Positions 1 to 20,747 of a stretch of 64,000 bases of DNA are shown here, in pieces. The DNA is from the human T2T-CHM13v2.0 reference genome, Homo sapiens, in assembly GCF_009914755.1 (NCBI RefSeq), contig NC_060948.1; one strand, given 5' to 3'. Under the pieces are notes generated by a model that did no database searches, had not been told where the DNA came from, and was given only the letters and a program-made list of their open reading frames with translations. Each line of letters starts with the position of its first letter. Within the stretch, counting starts at the first letter, position 1. The translations under genes were made by a program, and so were the position numbers.

Positions 1-5101
<5,101 letters not shown>

Positions 5102-6780
5102 ATGATCTTTTAAAAGAAACAATTTATGGTTTAAATGATTTTCTTCTACTTCTATTACATTTTTTCTTTTCTATTTCATTGATTTGTGCTCTGATTTTAT
5201 TTCTTTTCTTTCCTTTCCTTGCTTTAGGTTTAATTTGCTCTTGTTTTTCTAGTTTCTGAAGGTGGAAGTTTAGATTATTGATTTGCAATGTTTCTTCATT
5301 ATGATAAAGAGTTTAAAGTATAAATTTTTTTCCAAGCACTGCTTAAGGGGCATACCATAAATTTCGATACGTTTTGTTGTCATTTTCCTCCAGTTAAAAT
5401 GCATTATAACTTTCCTTGTGATTTCTTTTATTTATGGATCGTTTGGAAGTGTAGTTGAATATTTCCAAATATTTGGGGAGCTCTAAATTTCTTTCTGTTG
5501 TTTATTTCTAATCTAATTTGTTGTCAGAGAACATAGATTTGTTTTGAACCTTTTGAATTTATTGAGACTTGGTTTGTGGCCTATTATATGGTCTATACCG
5601 TAGAATGTTTCATGTTTGCTTCAATAAAATGTGTATTATGTTGTTATTGTGTAAAATGTTCTAAAATGTCAGGTCACACTGGTGTTGTTCAAGTTTTCTC
5701 TTCATCTTTACTAATATCTATTTGTCCTAGCAATTATTAAGATTTTTGAAATCTCTGCTGCTTTTTTCAATTCTTTCAGATTTTGCTTTATGTGTATTAG
5801 GGCTCTGTTGTTAGGTGGGAATGCATTTATAATTGTTACATATTTATGATTATGAACTGGTCCCTTTATTTCTAATACTCTTTCTTGTCTTAAAGTCTAT
5901 GTACTCATATCAATATAGCCATTTCAACTCCTTATGTTTATAACATGCATGGTATGTATTTTTCCATCCTTTTACTTTCAAACTCCTTGTATCTTTAATC
6001 TAAAATATGTCTCCAGCAAATAGCATATAGTTGGATTTTGCTTTTTCACCTAGTTTGATAATATCCACCTTTTGATTAGAGTATATTATTTATTCATATT
6101 TAATTTAATAAAGATATGATTAGATTTACATGTGATCTTTGCTAATATTTTCTACATGTGTCATATCTTTTTTGTTCCTCTTCTACTAGCTCCTTTTTAG
6201 TTGAATATTTTATAATATACAATTTTAATTCTTCTGTTGAGTTTTTAATTCTATTTTTGAGCTATTTTGTTAATGGCTGCTCCAGGGATTACAATATGGC
6301 TCTTAATTTATCAGTCTCTACTTTGCATAGTCATCTGGTATGTGTTTCCTTCAGCTCAAAGAGTTCCTTTCAAACTTCTTATAGGGCTGATCTCTTAGCA
6401 GTGAATTTTCTCACTCTTTGTTTATGTGACACTGTATTTATTTTGCCTTCACTTTTGAAAGATAATTCTGAATAACATAGTATTCTTGCTCAACAGATTT
6501 TTTTCTCTCAGCACTTTGAATATATAATCCCACTGCCTTCTGGCCTCCATTGATTCTGATGAAATGCAAGCCATTAACAGTCATTCCCTTATACATGATG
6601 AGTTATCTCCTGCTGCTTTCTAAATTATTTTCTTTGCCTTTGTTACTTAGCATCTTGACTAGGATGTGTCCAGGTGTGGCTGTTTGTATTTATCTTATAT
6701 GGCATTTGCTGAGCTTCTTTGACGTGTAGATTAATGCTTCTCATCAAATTTGAGAAGTTGTTATTTTTGCTTCAATCTTT

Positions 6781-9700
6781 CTTCATATTTTTTATTTTTA
6801 ATTTCTGTACATAGCAGGTATATATATTTATGTGGTACATGAGATATTTTGGTACAGATAGCTAATGCATAATAATCACATCATGGAAAATCAGTATTCA
6901 CCCCATCAAGCATTTATCCTTTGTGTTACAAACAATCTAATTATACTCTTTTTAGTTATTTTAAAATGTACAATTAGGTTATTATTGACTCTAGTTCCCC
7001 CATTGTTATGCTATCAAATACTAGAAGTTACTCATTCTAACTATTTTTTGGTACCCATTAACCATCCCCACCTTCTCCCTATTAACGACTACAATTTGAG
7101 GCTCTGGTATCCATTCTTCTATACTCTATCTCCATTAGTTCAATGACTAATGACTGCCAGTTCCATCCATGTTGTTGCAAATGACAGGATCTCATTATTT
7201 TTTATGACTGAATAATACCTCATTGTGTATATGTACATTTTCTTTATCCATTTATCAGTTGAGGGACACTTAGGTTGCTTCCAAATCTTGGCTATTGTGA
7301 ACAGTGCTGCAACAAACATGAGGGTGCAGATGTCTCTTTGATATACTGATTTCTTGTCTTTTGGGCATATACCCAGCAATGGGATTGCTGGATTGTATGG
7401 TAGCTCTATTTTTAGATTTTGGAGGAACCTCCAAACTGTTCTCCATAGTTGTTGTACTAATTTACATTCCCGCCAACAATGTATAAAGGTTCCCTTTTCT
7501 CCACACCCTCACTAGCATCTGTTATTGTCTGTCTTTTGGATATAAGCCATTTTAAGTGGGGCGAGAGGAGAATGTTGTTTAGATTTGCATTTATCTGATG
7601 AGCAATGATGCTGAGCCCTTTTTCATATTCCTGTTTGCATTTGTATGCCTTCTTTTGAGAAATGTCTTCAAGTCTTTTGCCCATTTTTAAATCAGATTTT
7701 TATATTTTCTTCTATAGAGTTGTTTGAGCTCCTTATTTATTCTGATTATCAATTCCTTGTCAGATGAGTAGTTTGCAAATATTTTCTTCCATTCTGTGGG
7801 TTGTCTCTTCACTTTGTTGATTGTATTCTTTGCTGTGCAGTAGCTCTTTAACTTGATGTGATCCCAGTTTTCCATTTTTGCTTTGGTTGCCTGTGCTTGC
7901 AAGGTAATTCTCAAGAAATTTTTGCCCAGACCAATGTCCTGGAGAGTTCTCCCAATGTTTTCTTGTAGTAGTTTCATAAGTTTAGTCTTAGATTTAAGTA
8001 TTTAATCCATTTGGATTTGGTTTTGTATAAGGTGAGAGATGGGTTCTAGGTTCATTCTTCTGCTTATGTATATCCACTATTCCCCTCAGCATTTATTGAA
8101 GAGACTTCCTTTTCCCCAATGTATGTTCTTGGCACTTTTACAGAAAGTGAGTTCACTGTAGGTATGTGGATTTGTTTCTGGGTTCTCTATTCTGTTCCAT
8201 TGGCCTATGTGTATATTCTTATGCGAGTACCATGCTGTTTTGATTACCATAGCTCTGTAATATAATTTGAAGTCAGGTAATATAATTCCTCCAGTTTTCT
8301 TCTTTTTGCTCAAAATAGATTGGGCTACTTTGGGTCTTTTGTGGTTCTATATAAATTTTAGAATTGCTTTTTTTTATTTCTGTGAAGAATATCACTGGTA
8401 TTTTGATACGGATTGCATTGAATCTGTAGATTGCTTTGGGTAGTATGAACATTTTGACAACATTGATTCTTCCAATCCATAAACATAGAATATCTTTCCA
8501 TTTTTTGTGCGTACTCTTCAATTTCTTTCATCAGTGTTTTACAACTTTCATTGTAGAGATCTTTAACTTCTTTGGTTAAGTTAATTTCTAGGTATTTAAA
8601 TTTTTGTGTGGCTATTGTAAATGGGATTACTTTTTGATTTTTTTCAGATTGTTTGCTGTTGGAATATAGTAATGCCATTGAGTTTTGTATGTTGATTTTG
8701 TATCCTGCAATGTTACTGAATGTGTTTTATCAGTTCCAATAGGTTTCTTATGGAGTCTTTAGGTTTTTCCAAATATAAGATCATATCATCTGCAAACAGG
8801 GATAATTTAACTTCTTCCTTTCCAATTTGGAGGTCCTTTATTTCTTTCTCTTGTCTGATTGCTCTAGCTAGGACTTCCAATACTATGTTGAATAACAGTG
8901 GCAAAAATAAGCATCCTTGTCATGTTCTGATCTTAGAGGAAAAGCTTTCAACTTTTCCCCATTCACTATAATACTAGCTGTGGGTCTGTCATCTATGGCT
9001 TTTATTATGTTGAAGTATGTTCCATCTATATACCTAGGTTTTTTTAGGGTTTTTCTTTATCATGAAGGGATGTTGAATTTATCAAATCTTTATTAAGCGT
9101 TTATTTTAATGATCATATGGTTTTTGTCCTTCATTCTGTTGCTGTATCACATTGATTGACTTGCATATGGTGAACCATTCTTGCATTCCTGGGATAAATC
9201 CCACTTGGTCATGATAAATGATCTTCTCAGTGTGTTGTGCAACTTGGTTTGCTAGTATTTTGTTGAAGAATTTGCATCAATATTCATCAGGGATGTTGGC
9301 CTATAGTTTTCTTTTATTGATGCATATTTGTCTAGTTTTGATATCAGAGTAACACTGGCATCATAGAATGAGTTTAGAAGTATTCCCTCTTTATTTTTTA
9401 AAATAGTTTGAGTAGGATTGGTATTAGTTCTTTGAATGTTTGGTAGAATTCAGCAGTGAAGCCAATGGGTCCCAAACTTTTCTTTACTGGGAGACTTTTT
9501 ATTACAGATTCTTCTAGTTACTTGTTATTGGTCTGTTCAGGTTTTGGATTTCTTCATGATTCAATCTTGGTAGGTTGTATATATCTAGGAATTTATCCAT
9601 TTATTCTAAATTTTCCAATTTATTGGCATATAGTTGCTCATAGTAGCTGCTAGTGATCCTTTGAATTTCTGTGGTATCAGTTGCTATGTCTTTGTGTTTC

Positions 9701-12700
9701 ATCTCTGATTTTATTTATTTGGGCCTCTCTCTTTTTTCTTATTTAGCCTGGCTAAAAGTTTGTGAATTTTGTTTACCTTTTTTGAAAACCAACTTTTGTT
9801 TCATTGACCTTTTGTATTGTTTTGTTCATTTCAGATTAATTTATTTCTGTTCTGATCTTTATTATTTCTTTTTACTATTTTTTTTTTTGCTATTTATTTT
9901 TACTTTATTATTTCTTTTTATCTATTTACTAATTTTGGGATCGGTTTGTTCTTGGCTTTCTAGCTCTTTAAGATGCATCTTTAGGTTGTTTTTTTGAAGC
10001 TTTTCTTCTTTTTTGTTGTAGGGACTTATAGCTATAAATTTTTCTCTAGTACTGCTTTTGCTGTATCCCTTAGGTTTTGGTATGTTGTGTTTCCATTATC
10101 ATTTCTTTCAAAAACTTTTTGAATTTTCTTCTTAATTTCATCATTGACCAACTGATCATTCAGGAGCATATCATTTAATTTCTGTATGTTTATATAGTTT
10201 CCAAAATTTCTCTTGTTATTTATTTATAGTTTTATTCCATTGTGATGCTTGATATTATTTCAAGTTTTTGCATGTTTTAAGATTTGTTTTGTTACCTAAC
10301 ATATGATCTATCATTGTGAATGATTTATGTTTTGAGGAGAAAAATGTGCATCCTGCAGTTGTTGGATGAAATGTTCTATAAATATCCATTAGGTTCATGT
10401 GTTCTATAGAGCATAATTAGTCCATGTTTCTTTGTTGATTTTCTGTCTGGGAGATTTGTCCAATGCTTAAAGTGGGGTATTGAAGCCTTCAGCTATTATT
10501 GTATTGGGGTCTATCTCTCTTTAGCTCTAATAATATTTGCTTTGTATATCTGGGTGCCCCAATATCAGGTACATATGTATTTACAATCATGTTCTCTTGC
10601 TGAATTGGCCCCATAATCATTATATGATGACCTTTGTCTCTTCTTACAATTTTTGTTGTGAGGTCTACTTTGTCTGATATATGTATAGCTACTTCTGCTC
10701 TTTTTGGTTTCATTGGCATGGAATATCATTTTCCATTTCTTTGTTTTCAGTCTATATGTATCTTTATAGGTGAAGTGTGTTTATTGTAGGCAACAGATCA
10801 TTGGGTCTTGTTTTTTAATTTATGCAGCCATTCTGTTTTTTAATTGGAGAGTTTAGTCTATTTACATTCAATGTCCTTATTAATAAGTAGAGACTTACAC
10901 CTGCCATTTTGTTATTTGTTTTCTGGTTGTTTTGTGATCTCTTCCTTCTTTCATTCCTTCCTGTCTTGAAAAGGTGATTTTCTCTGGTGGTATAATTTAA
11001 TTTCTTGTTTTTTATTTTTTGTGTCTGTTATATGTTTTTCAATTTGAGGTTACCATGAGGCCTGCAGATACTATCTTATATCCCATGATTTTAAACTGCT
11101 GACAATTTAACTCTGATTGCATAAACAAACATACATGCAGAAAGAAAACTAATACAAACTCTACACTTTAACTTCATCCCCTTGCTTTTTAATTTTTTGT
11201 TGTTTCCCTTTATGTCTTACTGTACTGTCTGTGTCTTGAAAAGTTGTTTTGGTTATTATTTTTGATTGGTTCATCATTTAATCTTTCTTTTTTTAATTTT
11301 ACTTTAAGTTCTGGGATACACATGTAGAACGTGCAGGTTTGATACATAGGTATACATGTGCCATGGTGGTTTGCTGCACCTATCAACCCGTCATTATTTA
11401 TTCTTTCTATGTAAGTTAAGAGAAGCTTACACACCACTTACAGTGTTGTACTATTCTGTATTTTTCTGTGTGCATACTATTACCAGTGAGTTTTGTACCT
11501 TTAAATAATTTCTCATTAATGCCCATTAATGTCTTTTTCTTTCAGATTGAGGTACTCCCTTTAGCATTTTTTGTAGGACAGGTCTGGAGTTGATTAAATC
11601 TCTCAGCTTTTGTTTGTCTGGGAATGTATTTCTCCTTCATGCTTTAAGGATATTTTCACTGGATATACTATTCTAGGGTAAAAGGTTTATTGTTTCAACA
11701 CTTATATCATGCCACTCCCTCCTTGCCTGTAAGGTTTCCACTGAAAAGTCTGCTGCCAGACATATTGAAGCTCTATCATATGATATTTCTTTTCTCTTGC
11801 TGCATTTAGGCTCCTTTCTTTATCCTTGACCTTTGAGAGTTTGATTGTTAAATGCCTTGAGGTAGTCTTTGGGTTAAATCTGCTTAGTGTTGTATAAGCT
11901 TCTTGTGCTTGAATGTTATCTTTCTCTAGGTTTGGGACATTCTGTCATATAATGTCTTTGAAAAAAACTTCCTACTCATAGCTCTTTCCCTACCTTCTCT
12001 TTAAGGCCAATAACTCTTAGATTTGCCCTTTTGAGACTATTTTCCAGATCTGTAGGCATACTTCATTTTTTTATTCTTTTTTATTTTGTCTCCTCTGACT
12101 TTGTATTTTCAAATAGCCTGTCTTCAAGCTCACTAATTCTTTCTTCTGCTTCATCAATTCTGCTATGAAGAGACTCTGATGCATTCTTCAGCATGTCAGT
12201 TGCATTTTTAACTCTAGAATTTTTGCTTGATTCTTTTTAAGTTTTTAAATCTTTGTGTTAAATTTATCTGATAGAATTCTGAAGTTCTTCTTTATGTTTT
12301 TTTGAATTTCTTTGAGTTTCCTTAAAACAGCTATTTTGAATTCTCTGTCTGAAAGGCCAGATATCTGTTTCTCCAGGATTGATCCCTGATGCCTTATTTA
12401 CTTCATTTGATGAGATTATGTTTTCTTTTCCTGGATGGTGTTGATGCTTGTAGATGTTCTTCAGTGTCTGAGTGTTGAAGTGTTAGGCATTCATTGTAGT
12501 CTTCAAAATATGGGCTTGTTTCTGTCTGTCCTTCTTAGGAAGACTTTCCAGGTATTCAAAGGGATTTGGACCCCAAGTCCAATAATGCTTTCACTTTTGC
12601 AGACTCATAGAGGTACCACCGTGGTGGTCTTAGATAAGATCTGGAAGAATTATCTGTACTACCAGGCAGAGACTCATTCTTTTTCCTTACTTTCTCCCAA

Positions 12701-14346
12701 ACATATGGCATCTCTTTTTCTCTGTGTTGAGCCACCTGGAACTGGGAGTGTGGTGATGCAAGCATCCCTGTGGCCACCACTAGAGGAACTGTGCTGGGTC
12801 AGACCTGAAGCCAGAACAGCACTGGGCCTTACCCAAGGCCCTTCCCTTCAGTGTGGCAAGTTTTTTCAGGCCCCAGGCATGTCTAGAGATGCTGTTTGGG
12901 AACCAGGGATTGGAGTCAAAAAATGTAGCAATTTACCTGATGTTCTATTCTACTGTGGCTAAGATGGCACTCAAACCACAATACAAAGTACTTCCTGCTC
13001 TTCCCCCAACTTTTCCCAAGCAGAGGAGCCTCTCTCTGTGGCCACCAACACCACCAGTCCACGGGGGATTCTGCCAGCCCACCACCAATGTTTGCGTAAA
13101 GCCTAAGGACTTCCATCAGCTTATGGTGAATGCTGCCATTCCTGGGACTCATCTTTCAGGGCAGTGAACTCCTCTCTGGCCCAGAGCAGGTCCAGAAATG
13201 CTGTCTAAGAGCCTAGGCCAGTACTTAGGGACTCCAACAGTGTGATTGTTGCTCTACCCTCACTGTGGCTGAGCTAGTACCTGGGGTGCAAGACAAAGTC
13301 CCCTTTACTTTTTCCTCTGCTTTTCTCAAACAGAAGGAGTCTTTCACTATAGCCACCACAGCTGGGAATGTGCTGGGTCTCCCCTGAAGTCAGCATATCT
13401 CAGAGCCCAAGGTCCATGGCATACTTCCTGGGTATCACTGGTGGTTGTTCGTGGCCCAAGGGCTTTTTAGTCAGCAGGTGATAAATCCTGCCAGGACTGG
13501 GTCCTTCCCTTCAAGACAGCAGATTTCCTTTTGGCTCAGGGTGTGTCTAGAAATGTTGTCTGGGAGGTAGGGCCTGGAATGGGTGCCTCACAACTCTGCC
13601 TGGTGCCTTATCTTGATGTAGCTGAGCTAGTATCTAAGTTGCAAGACAAAGTCCTCTTTACTCTTCCCTCTCATCTTCAAATGGAAGGAAGGAGTCTCTT
13701 TCTGAGTTGTGAGCTGCACTGCCTGTGATTGGATGAGAAGTAGTGCAAGAACTCCCCCAGCTGCCCCAGCTGGTGTCTCACTAGATTGTGTGCCCCCTAA
13801 GTCCACTGGCTCTGAGCCCAGTTCAGCACTAGAACTCGCCTAGGAGTTACAGTCCTCATGTCCTTTCAAGGACCCTATTGCACTTCAGCCAGTGGTGGCA
13901 AGGCTTGACAAGAAACCCAAGTTCCAATTGCTGGGATACATGATACTGCTCTAGCTAAGGCTGGTCCAAATGTTCCCTCCATGCACAGGTGCTGGCTGAG
14001 CCCAGCATGTCTTTATTCTCCATTGTGACAGGGCAGCACTGAGTTTAATGTAAATTCCCCCAGTCGCTGTGCTTGCCCTCCCCAAAGTGCAAAGATTCTC
14101 TCACTGTGACACATGGCCACTGCCAGGGGATGGAGGAGGGGTGGCATCAATGATTCAAGACTGTCTCTCTTGCCCTCCTCAATGCCTCTTTCCATAATAA
14201 GAAGTTAAAACCAGGTACCGTGATTGCTCATCTGATTTTTGGTTCTTGTGATGGTGCTTTTCTGTGTGAAGATAATTGTTAAAATTTGGTGTTCCAGCAG
14301 GGGGGATGAACAGTGTAGGCTTCTATTCCACAATCTTTCTTGCCCC
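6781..14346 (-). mobile_element. Full-length L1MA1/L1MA2-like LINE-1 (~7.5 kb), degenerate
   Basis: L1MA-type 3' end (aataatcacatcatggaaaat...caagcatttatcctttgtgttacaaac), ORF2 and ORF1 remnants, 5'UTR ending at 14346. 13-bp TSD tgcttcaatcttt (6768-6780) / tgctttaatcttt (14347-14359), one mismatch. Confidence 0.9.
11289..11394 (-). mobile_element. ~105-bp L1PA7/8-like 3' stub inserted in the L1MA
   Basis: T-rich tail plus actttaagttctgggatacacatgtagaacgtgcagg...cctatcaacccgtcat. Degenerate TSD atttaatctttct / atttattctttct. Confidence 0.85.
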
Positions 14347-15031
14347 TGCTTTAATCTTTTTCTCTGAATTCTTCATATTAGATAATTTCTATCACTCTGT
14401 CTTTAGGTTCACTGATTCCTTCCTTTGCCATCCCAAAGATGTTGTGGAACCCATTTACAGCAGTTTTTCTTTTGGGAATCATACTCTTCAACCCTATACT
14501 TTTTATTTTGTTCTTTATGTTTTATTTCTTTATTGATATTTTCTATCTGTTGGATCATTGTCATTTAGTTTCATCTAGTTCTTTAAAGATTGCTTCCTTC
14601 AATTCTTTGAAGTCACTGTCTGCTAAATCCAACATACAGTTTCTGCTTTAACTCCTGATTATGGGCTTCATTTTGCTGTTTTCCCACACATCTCTTAATT
14701 TTTCTTGAAACCTAACTTTTTTAGGTAATATATTTCATCAACTTAATTCTGGCTCTTTCCCTCAATGTTATGTTTTCTTTTTACTTTTTTGTTTTTCTTT
14801 TTGTATTTTAATAATTTGCCTGGCCTTAATCTGCAGAATCTGTCTTCCCCGTGCTGTGTACCCACTGATGTCTCTGTTCATTTTTTTAATCATAACTTTT
14901 TTTTAATCCTGGTTTTCTATGAATTGCCCCTGTGATTGCACAGCTCAGTGGTCAGCAAATGATTCGACAAAATATGTGTTCAAATAACTGTAGTCCATAA
15001 GTCTTCCACTCTCTTTCAATGTACGTTTTTA

Positions 15032-15380
<349 letters not shown>

Positions 15381-15603
15381 TCATCAACTTTTATTTTTTT
15401 GCTGGGCCTTCTCAGATTTACCCTGTCTATGCTTGTTATCTTCCCAATCAGCCAAGGATGTATGGAGAGCTTAAGTAGCCCGTCTATAGCTCTCACATTA
15501 TAAGAATATTCCCATTACATTTCTAGTTTACTTGCTACTCACCTCAACAAGGACTACAACATCAGGCTAGCTAAGCTGTAGGTCATCCCTCTTGTTTACT
15601 ACC

Positions 15604-16105
15604 TTTTTAAAAATACTTTAAGTTCTGGGATACACGTGCAGAACATGCAGGTTTGTTACATAGGTATACACATGCCATGGTGGTTTGCTGCACCCATCAA
15701 CCTGTCATCTAGGTTTTAAGCCCCACATGCATTAGGTATTTGTCCTAATGCTCTCCCTCCTCTTGCCCCCCACCCCCTGACAGGCCCCGGTGTGTGATCT
15801 TCCCCTCCCTGTGTCCACATGTTCTCATTGTTCAACTCCCACTTTTGAGTGAGAACATGTGGTGTTTGGTTTTCTGTTCCTGTGTCAGTTTACTGAGAAT
15901 GACGGCTTCCAGCTTCATCCATGTCCCTGGAAAGGATATGAACTCATCCTTTTTTATGGCTGCAGGGTATTCCATGGTTATAAGTGCCACATTTTCTTTA
16001 TCCAGTCTATCATTGATGGGCATTTGGGTCGGTTCCAAGTCTTTGCTATTGTAAATAGTGCTTCAATAAACATATGTGTGCATGTGTCTTTATAGTAGAA
16101 TGATT
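15604..16105 (-). mobile_element. L1PA8-like 3' fragment (~500 bp)
   Basis: 3'UTR with tctaggttttaagccccacatgcattagg; ORF2 C-terminal remnant (AIKKDEFISFPGTWMKLEAVILSKLTQEQK). Confidence 0.88.
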
Positions 16106-16439
16106 TTATTGGCAAACTGCTGAGTGTAGGTCCTGCCCTATGCTCCAAGTCAAGCCAGCATCTTCTGTCAGTGAAACTTTGGTTTTCCCAGCCAGAATAT
16201 CATAGTAAAACTACCATGCTGATTGAGCTGAATGGGAGTGGCCTCAAGCAAGAAAGCTGCAGACTCCCACTGTTTTTACTGGAATTTATAGCAGATTTTC
16301 ATAAATAATTGCTTCTCTATTTTTTGTTTTCCTTTTTTCAATTTCCAGAGCCCTGTAATGTCCAGTTAATACTTGTTTTGTCAGGAGAGGATTTGCTGAA
16401 GGCTTCACTCTGCCACAACTGAAAGTCTTATGATCTAAA

Positions 16440-17100
16440 AAGTTTTTAAATACGATTTGATAAAAATTCATTTGGGAGTATAAATGTGTAAGAATATCCA
16501 AGAAAAATCTTGACAAAAAAAGATTGTGTTCAGAAAAATACCACCCTCCCAGATAGCACTGTGCCCCATAACTATGTATAATTTTTGTGTTAATTATAAA
16601 TAAAATAAAACTTTAAAAATTATAAAACTACAATAGCAGAAAACATATGAGCCTGACACAGACATAAACAAATTAATCAAATAAAATAGTTTCTAGAAAC
16701 ATACCTGTATGCCTGTGGGAATTTAATATGCAATAAATATGGCATATAAAATCAATGAGACAAAAGGGTGTTTGAACAATTAACCGGGCATTTCGAATAC
16801 AAAATAAAGACACACCACAGAAACAAATATAATCATATTAATAAATATGACATTTCAAATCAATGGATAAAAGTGTTTGAACAATTGGCTATTTATTTAG
16901 AAATTTTATAAAGATACCAAAGAGAAACAAACACACTCTGATGTATTAAATATTTAAATGTAAAGTATAAGATCATTTAAAAAATAAATTGAGATAGGAA
17001 AGGCTTTCTGAAGCCAAACGCAAAATCTGGAAACCATATAGGAAAATATTGACAGATATAAAAATGAAACATGATAGGTAAGTTATAAAATAAGCAATGA
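16440..17100 (+). mobile_element. Highly degenerate L1ME-like ORF2 3' fragment
   Basis: Weak similarity to the L1 ORF2 C-terminal region (aaaattcatttggga..., tgtttgaacaattggcta). Confidence 0.55.
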
Positions 17101-20100
17101 GGATTTCTAGGAGCAAGATGATGAAATAAAAGTCTCCACCAATCATTCACCCCACAAGGACACCAATTTAAAAACTATCTACACAGAAAAAGCACCTTCA
17201 TAAGAACCAAAAATCAAGTGAGTACTCACAGTACCTGGTTTAGCTGAAAGAGGCACTGAAGAGGTAGAAAAAACAGTCTTGAATCACTGATGCCACCACC
17301 CCCACAATGTGCCCTGGCAGCTATTAATAGCTGCAGCATGCTGCAGAGAGCATTTTTGTGCACTGGGGGAGGGAGAGCCCAGTAATTGTGAGGCATTGAG
17401 TTTCGTGCTGTCCTGTTATAGCAGAAAACAAACCAAATCAAACTCAGCTGATGCCCGCCCATGGAGGGAGCATTTAAACCAGCCCTGGCCAGAGGGAAAT
17501 CACCAGCCCTAATGGTCTAAACATGAGTTGTGCAAGCCTTGCTACAGTGGGCTATAGTGCTCTGGGGCTCTAAATAAACTTGAAAGACAGTCTAGGCCAC
17601 AAGGACAGCAACCTCTAGGCGAGTCCTAGTGCTGAACTGGGCCTAGAGACAATGGACTGGGGAGCGTGTGACCTACTGAGACACCAGCTGAGGCAGCTAA
17701 GGGAGTGCTGGTATCACCCCTCCCCTAACCCCTAACCCCTGGCTGCACAGTTGACAGCTCCAAAAGAGACCCCTTCCTTCCACCTAAGGAAAGGATAGGA
17801 AATAGTGGGGAGGACTTTGTCTTGCATCTTGGATATCAGCTCAGCCACAGCAGGATAGGGCATTGGTCAGAGTCACAAGACCCCTTTTCAGGGCCTAGCT
17901 CCCAGACGACAATACTAGACACACCCTGGGCCAGAAGGAAGGTCACTGCCTTCAAGGGAAGGACCCAGTCCTGGCAGCATTCATCACCTGCTAATTAAAG
18001 AGCCCTGAATAATCAGCAGTAATCCCCAGGTACTACACTGAAGGATTTGGCTTCAGGTGAGACTCAAGACATTCCCGGCTGTGGTGGCTATGGGGCAACT
18101 CCTTCTGCTTGAGAAGAGCAGAGGGAAAAGTAAAGGGGAGTTTCCCTTGCTCCGGAGGTACCAGCTCAGCCACAAGGGGGTGAAGCACCAAATGGGCTCT
18201 TGGAGTCCCCAGTTCCAGGACTTGGCTCTTTGATGGCATTTCTGGACCTGCCCTGGGTCAGAGGGGAGCCCATTGCCCTGCAGGGTAAGTCCCAGGCCAG
18301 GCAGCATTTACTACAAGCTGACAGAAGAGCCCTTGGGCTCTAAGTGAACATTGACAGTAGTCTGACAATACTCCTCATGGGCCTGTGATCGTGTTGGCCA
18401 CAGGGTGGGGCTCCTTTGAATTTGGAAACGGGAGGGAAGAGTGGGAAGGACCGTGTCTAGTTGACTGTGTACAGCTCAGTCGCAGTACAATAGAACACCA
18501 TTAGACTTCCAAGGTTTTTGAATCTAGTCCCTGGCTGCCAGACAGCATCTCTGGGCCTCCCTGGGGCCTGGGGGATCTCATCCTACCTTGAAGGGAAGGA
18601 CACAGGCCTGTCTGGTTTTGCCACCTGCTGATTGTAGAGACCCATGGTCTTGAGCAAACATAGGCATTAGCCAGGTAGTAGTTATAGCAGGCCTTGGTCA
18701 AGACCCCGTGCTGTACTGGCTTCAGGTCTGACCCAGTGCAGTCACAGTGGTGGTGACCACAGGGGTGCTTGTGTCATGCCACCCCCAGCTTCAGGTGGCT
18801 CAGAACACAGAGAGAGAGAGACTCTATTTGAGAAAGTAAGGGAGAACAGGAGTTTCTGCCTAGTAATCTAGAGAATTCTTCCAGATCTTGTCCAAGACCA
18901 TCAAGGCAGTATATCTAAAAGTCTGCAAGAACCACAGTGTTACTGCTGCCCCCTAAAGTGGATACAGCTTAGATCACAACCCCCAAGTCTTACCAATATC
19001 TGGAAAGCCTTCCCAAAAAGGTTGGGTATAAAGAAGCTCAGATTGTGAAGACTACAATAAGTACCCAACTCTTCAATGCCCAGACACAGACAAACATCTA
19101 CAAGTATCAAAACAATCCAGGAAAACATGGCCCCACTAAATGAGCTAAATAAGGCACTAGGGACCAATCCTGGAGAAACAGAGATATCTGACTTTTCAGA
19201 CAGATAATTCAAAATTGCTGTTTTGAGGACTCTCAAATAAATATGAGATAACACAGAGAAGGAATTCAGAATTATATCAGATAAACTTAACACAGATATT
19301 GAAATAATTTTAAAGAATCAAGAAGAAATTCTGGAGCTGAAAAATGCAGTAGGCATACTGAAGAATGTACCAGAGTCTTTCCATAACAGAATTGATCAGG
19401 CAGAAGAAAGAATTAGTAGTGAGCTTGAAGACAGGCTATTTGAAAATGCACAGTCAGAGAAACCAAAATAAAAAAAGAATAAAAACAATGAAGCATACTC
19501 ACAGGATCTAGAAAATAGCCTGAAAAAGGCAAATCTAAGAGTTATTGATCTTAAAGAGGAGGTACAGGGGTAGGGGAGGGTAGAAAGTTTATTCAAAGGG
19601 ATAGTAACAGAGAACCTCCCAAACCTAGAGAAAGATATCAATATCCAAGTACAAGAAAGTTATAAAATACCCAGAAGATTTAACCCAAAGAAGACTACCT
19701 CAATGCATTTAATAATCAAACTCCCAAAGGTCAAGGATAAAGAAAGGATCCTAAAAGTAGCAAGAGAAAATAAACGAATAACATACTATGGAGCTCCAAT
19801 AACCTGGCAGCAGACTTTTCAGTGGAAAGCTTACAGGTTAGGAGAGAGTGGCATGATATATTTAAAGAGCTGAAGGAAAAAAAAAAACTTTATCCTAGAA
19901 TAGTGTATCTGGCAAAAATTATCCTTCGAACATGAAGGAGAAATAAAGGCTTTCCAAGACAAACAAAAACTGAGGAACTTCATCAACACCAGACCTGTCC
20001 TAGAAGAAATGCTAAACAGGGTAATTCAATCATAAAGAGAAGGATGTTAAAGAGCAATAAGTAATCACCTGAAGGTACAAAACTCACTAGCAGTAGTAGG

Positions 20101-20448
20101 TACACAGAAAAACACAGAATATTATAACACTGTAACTGTGGTGTGTAAACTACCCTTGTCCTAAGTAGAAAGAATAAATGATGGACCAATCAAAAACAAT
20201 AACTACAACAACTCTTCAAGACATAGACAGTACAATAAGATATAAATAGGAACAAAAAAAATTAAAAAGCACGGGAACAAAGTTAAGGTATAGAGTTTTT
20301 ATTAGTTTTCTCTTTGCTTGTATGTTCATTTATACAATAGTGTTTAGTTGTTATCAGCTTAAAATAATGGGTTATAAGCTAGTATTTACAAGTCTCATGG
20401 TAACCTGAAATCAAAAGACATAAAAAAATACACTAAAAATAAAAGCAT

Positions 20449-20747
<299 letters not shown>

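Noticed and set aside
12435-12962. 175-aa plus-strand ORF antisense to the L1MA 5'UTR (possible ORF0 analogue)
   Set aside because: No recognisable motif, and the matching region of the second L1MA is broken into shorter ORFs.
16730-16892. Two similar ~60-bp blocks (aataaatatg...tgtttgaacaatt)
   Set aside because: An old degenerate duplication inside an L1ME remnant; only two units, so not an array.
17722-17740. ccctaacccctaacccc, telomere-like
   Set aside because: A 7-bp slippage duplication in an L1 5'UTR, not a (TTAGGG)n tract.
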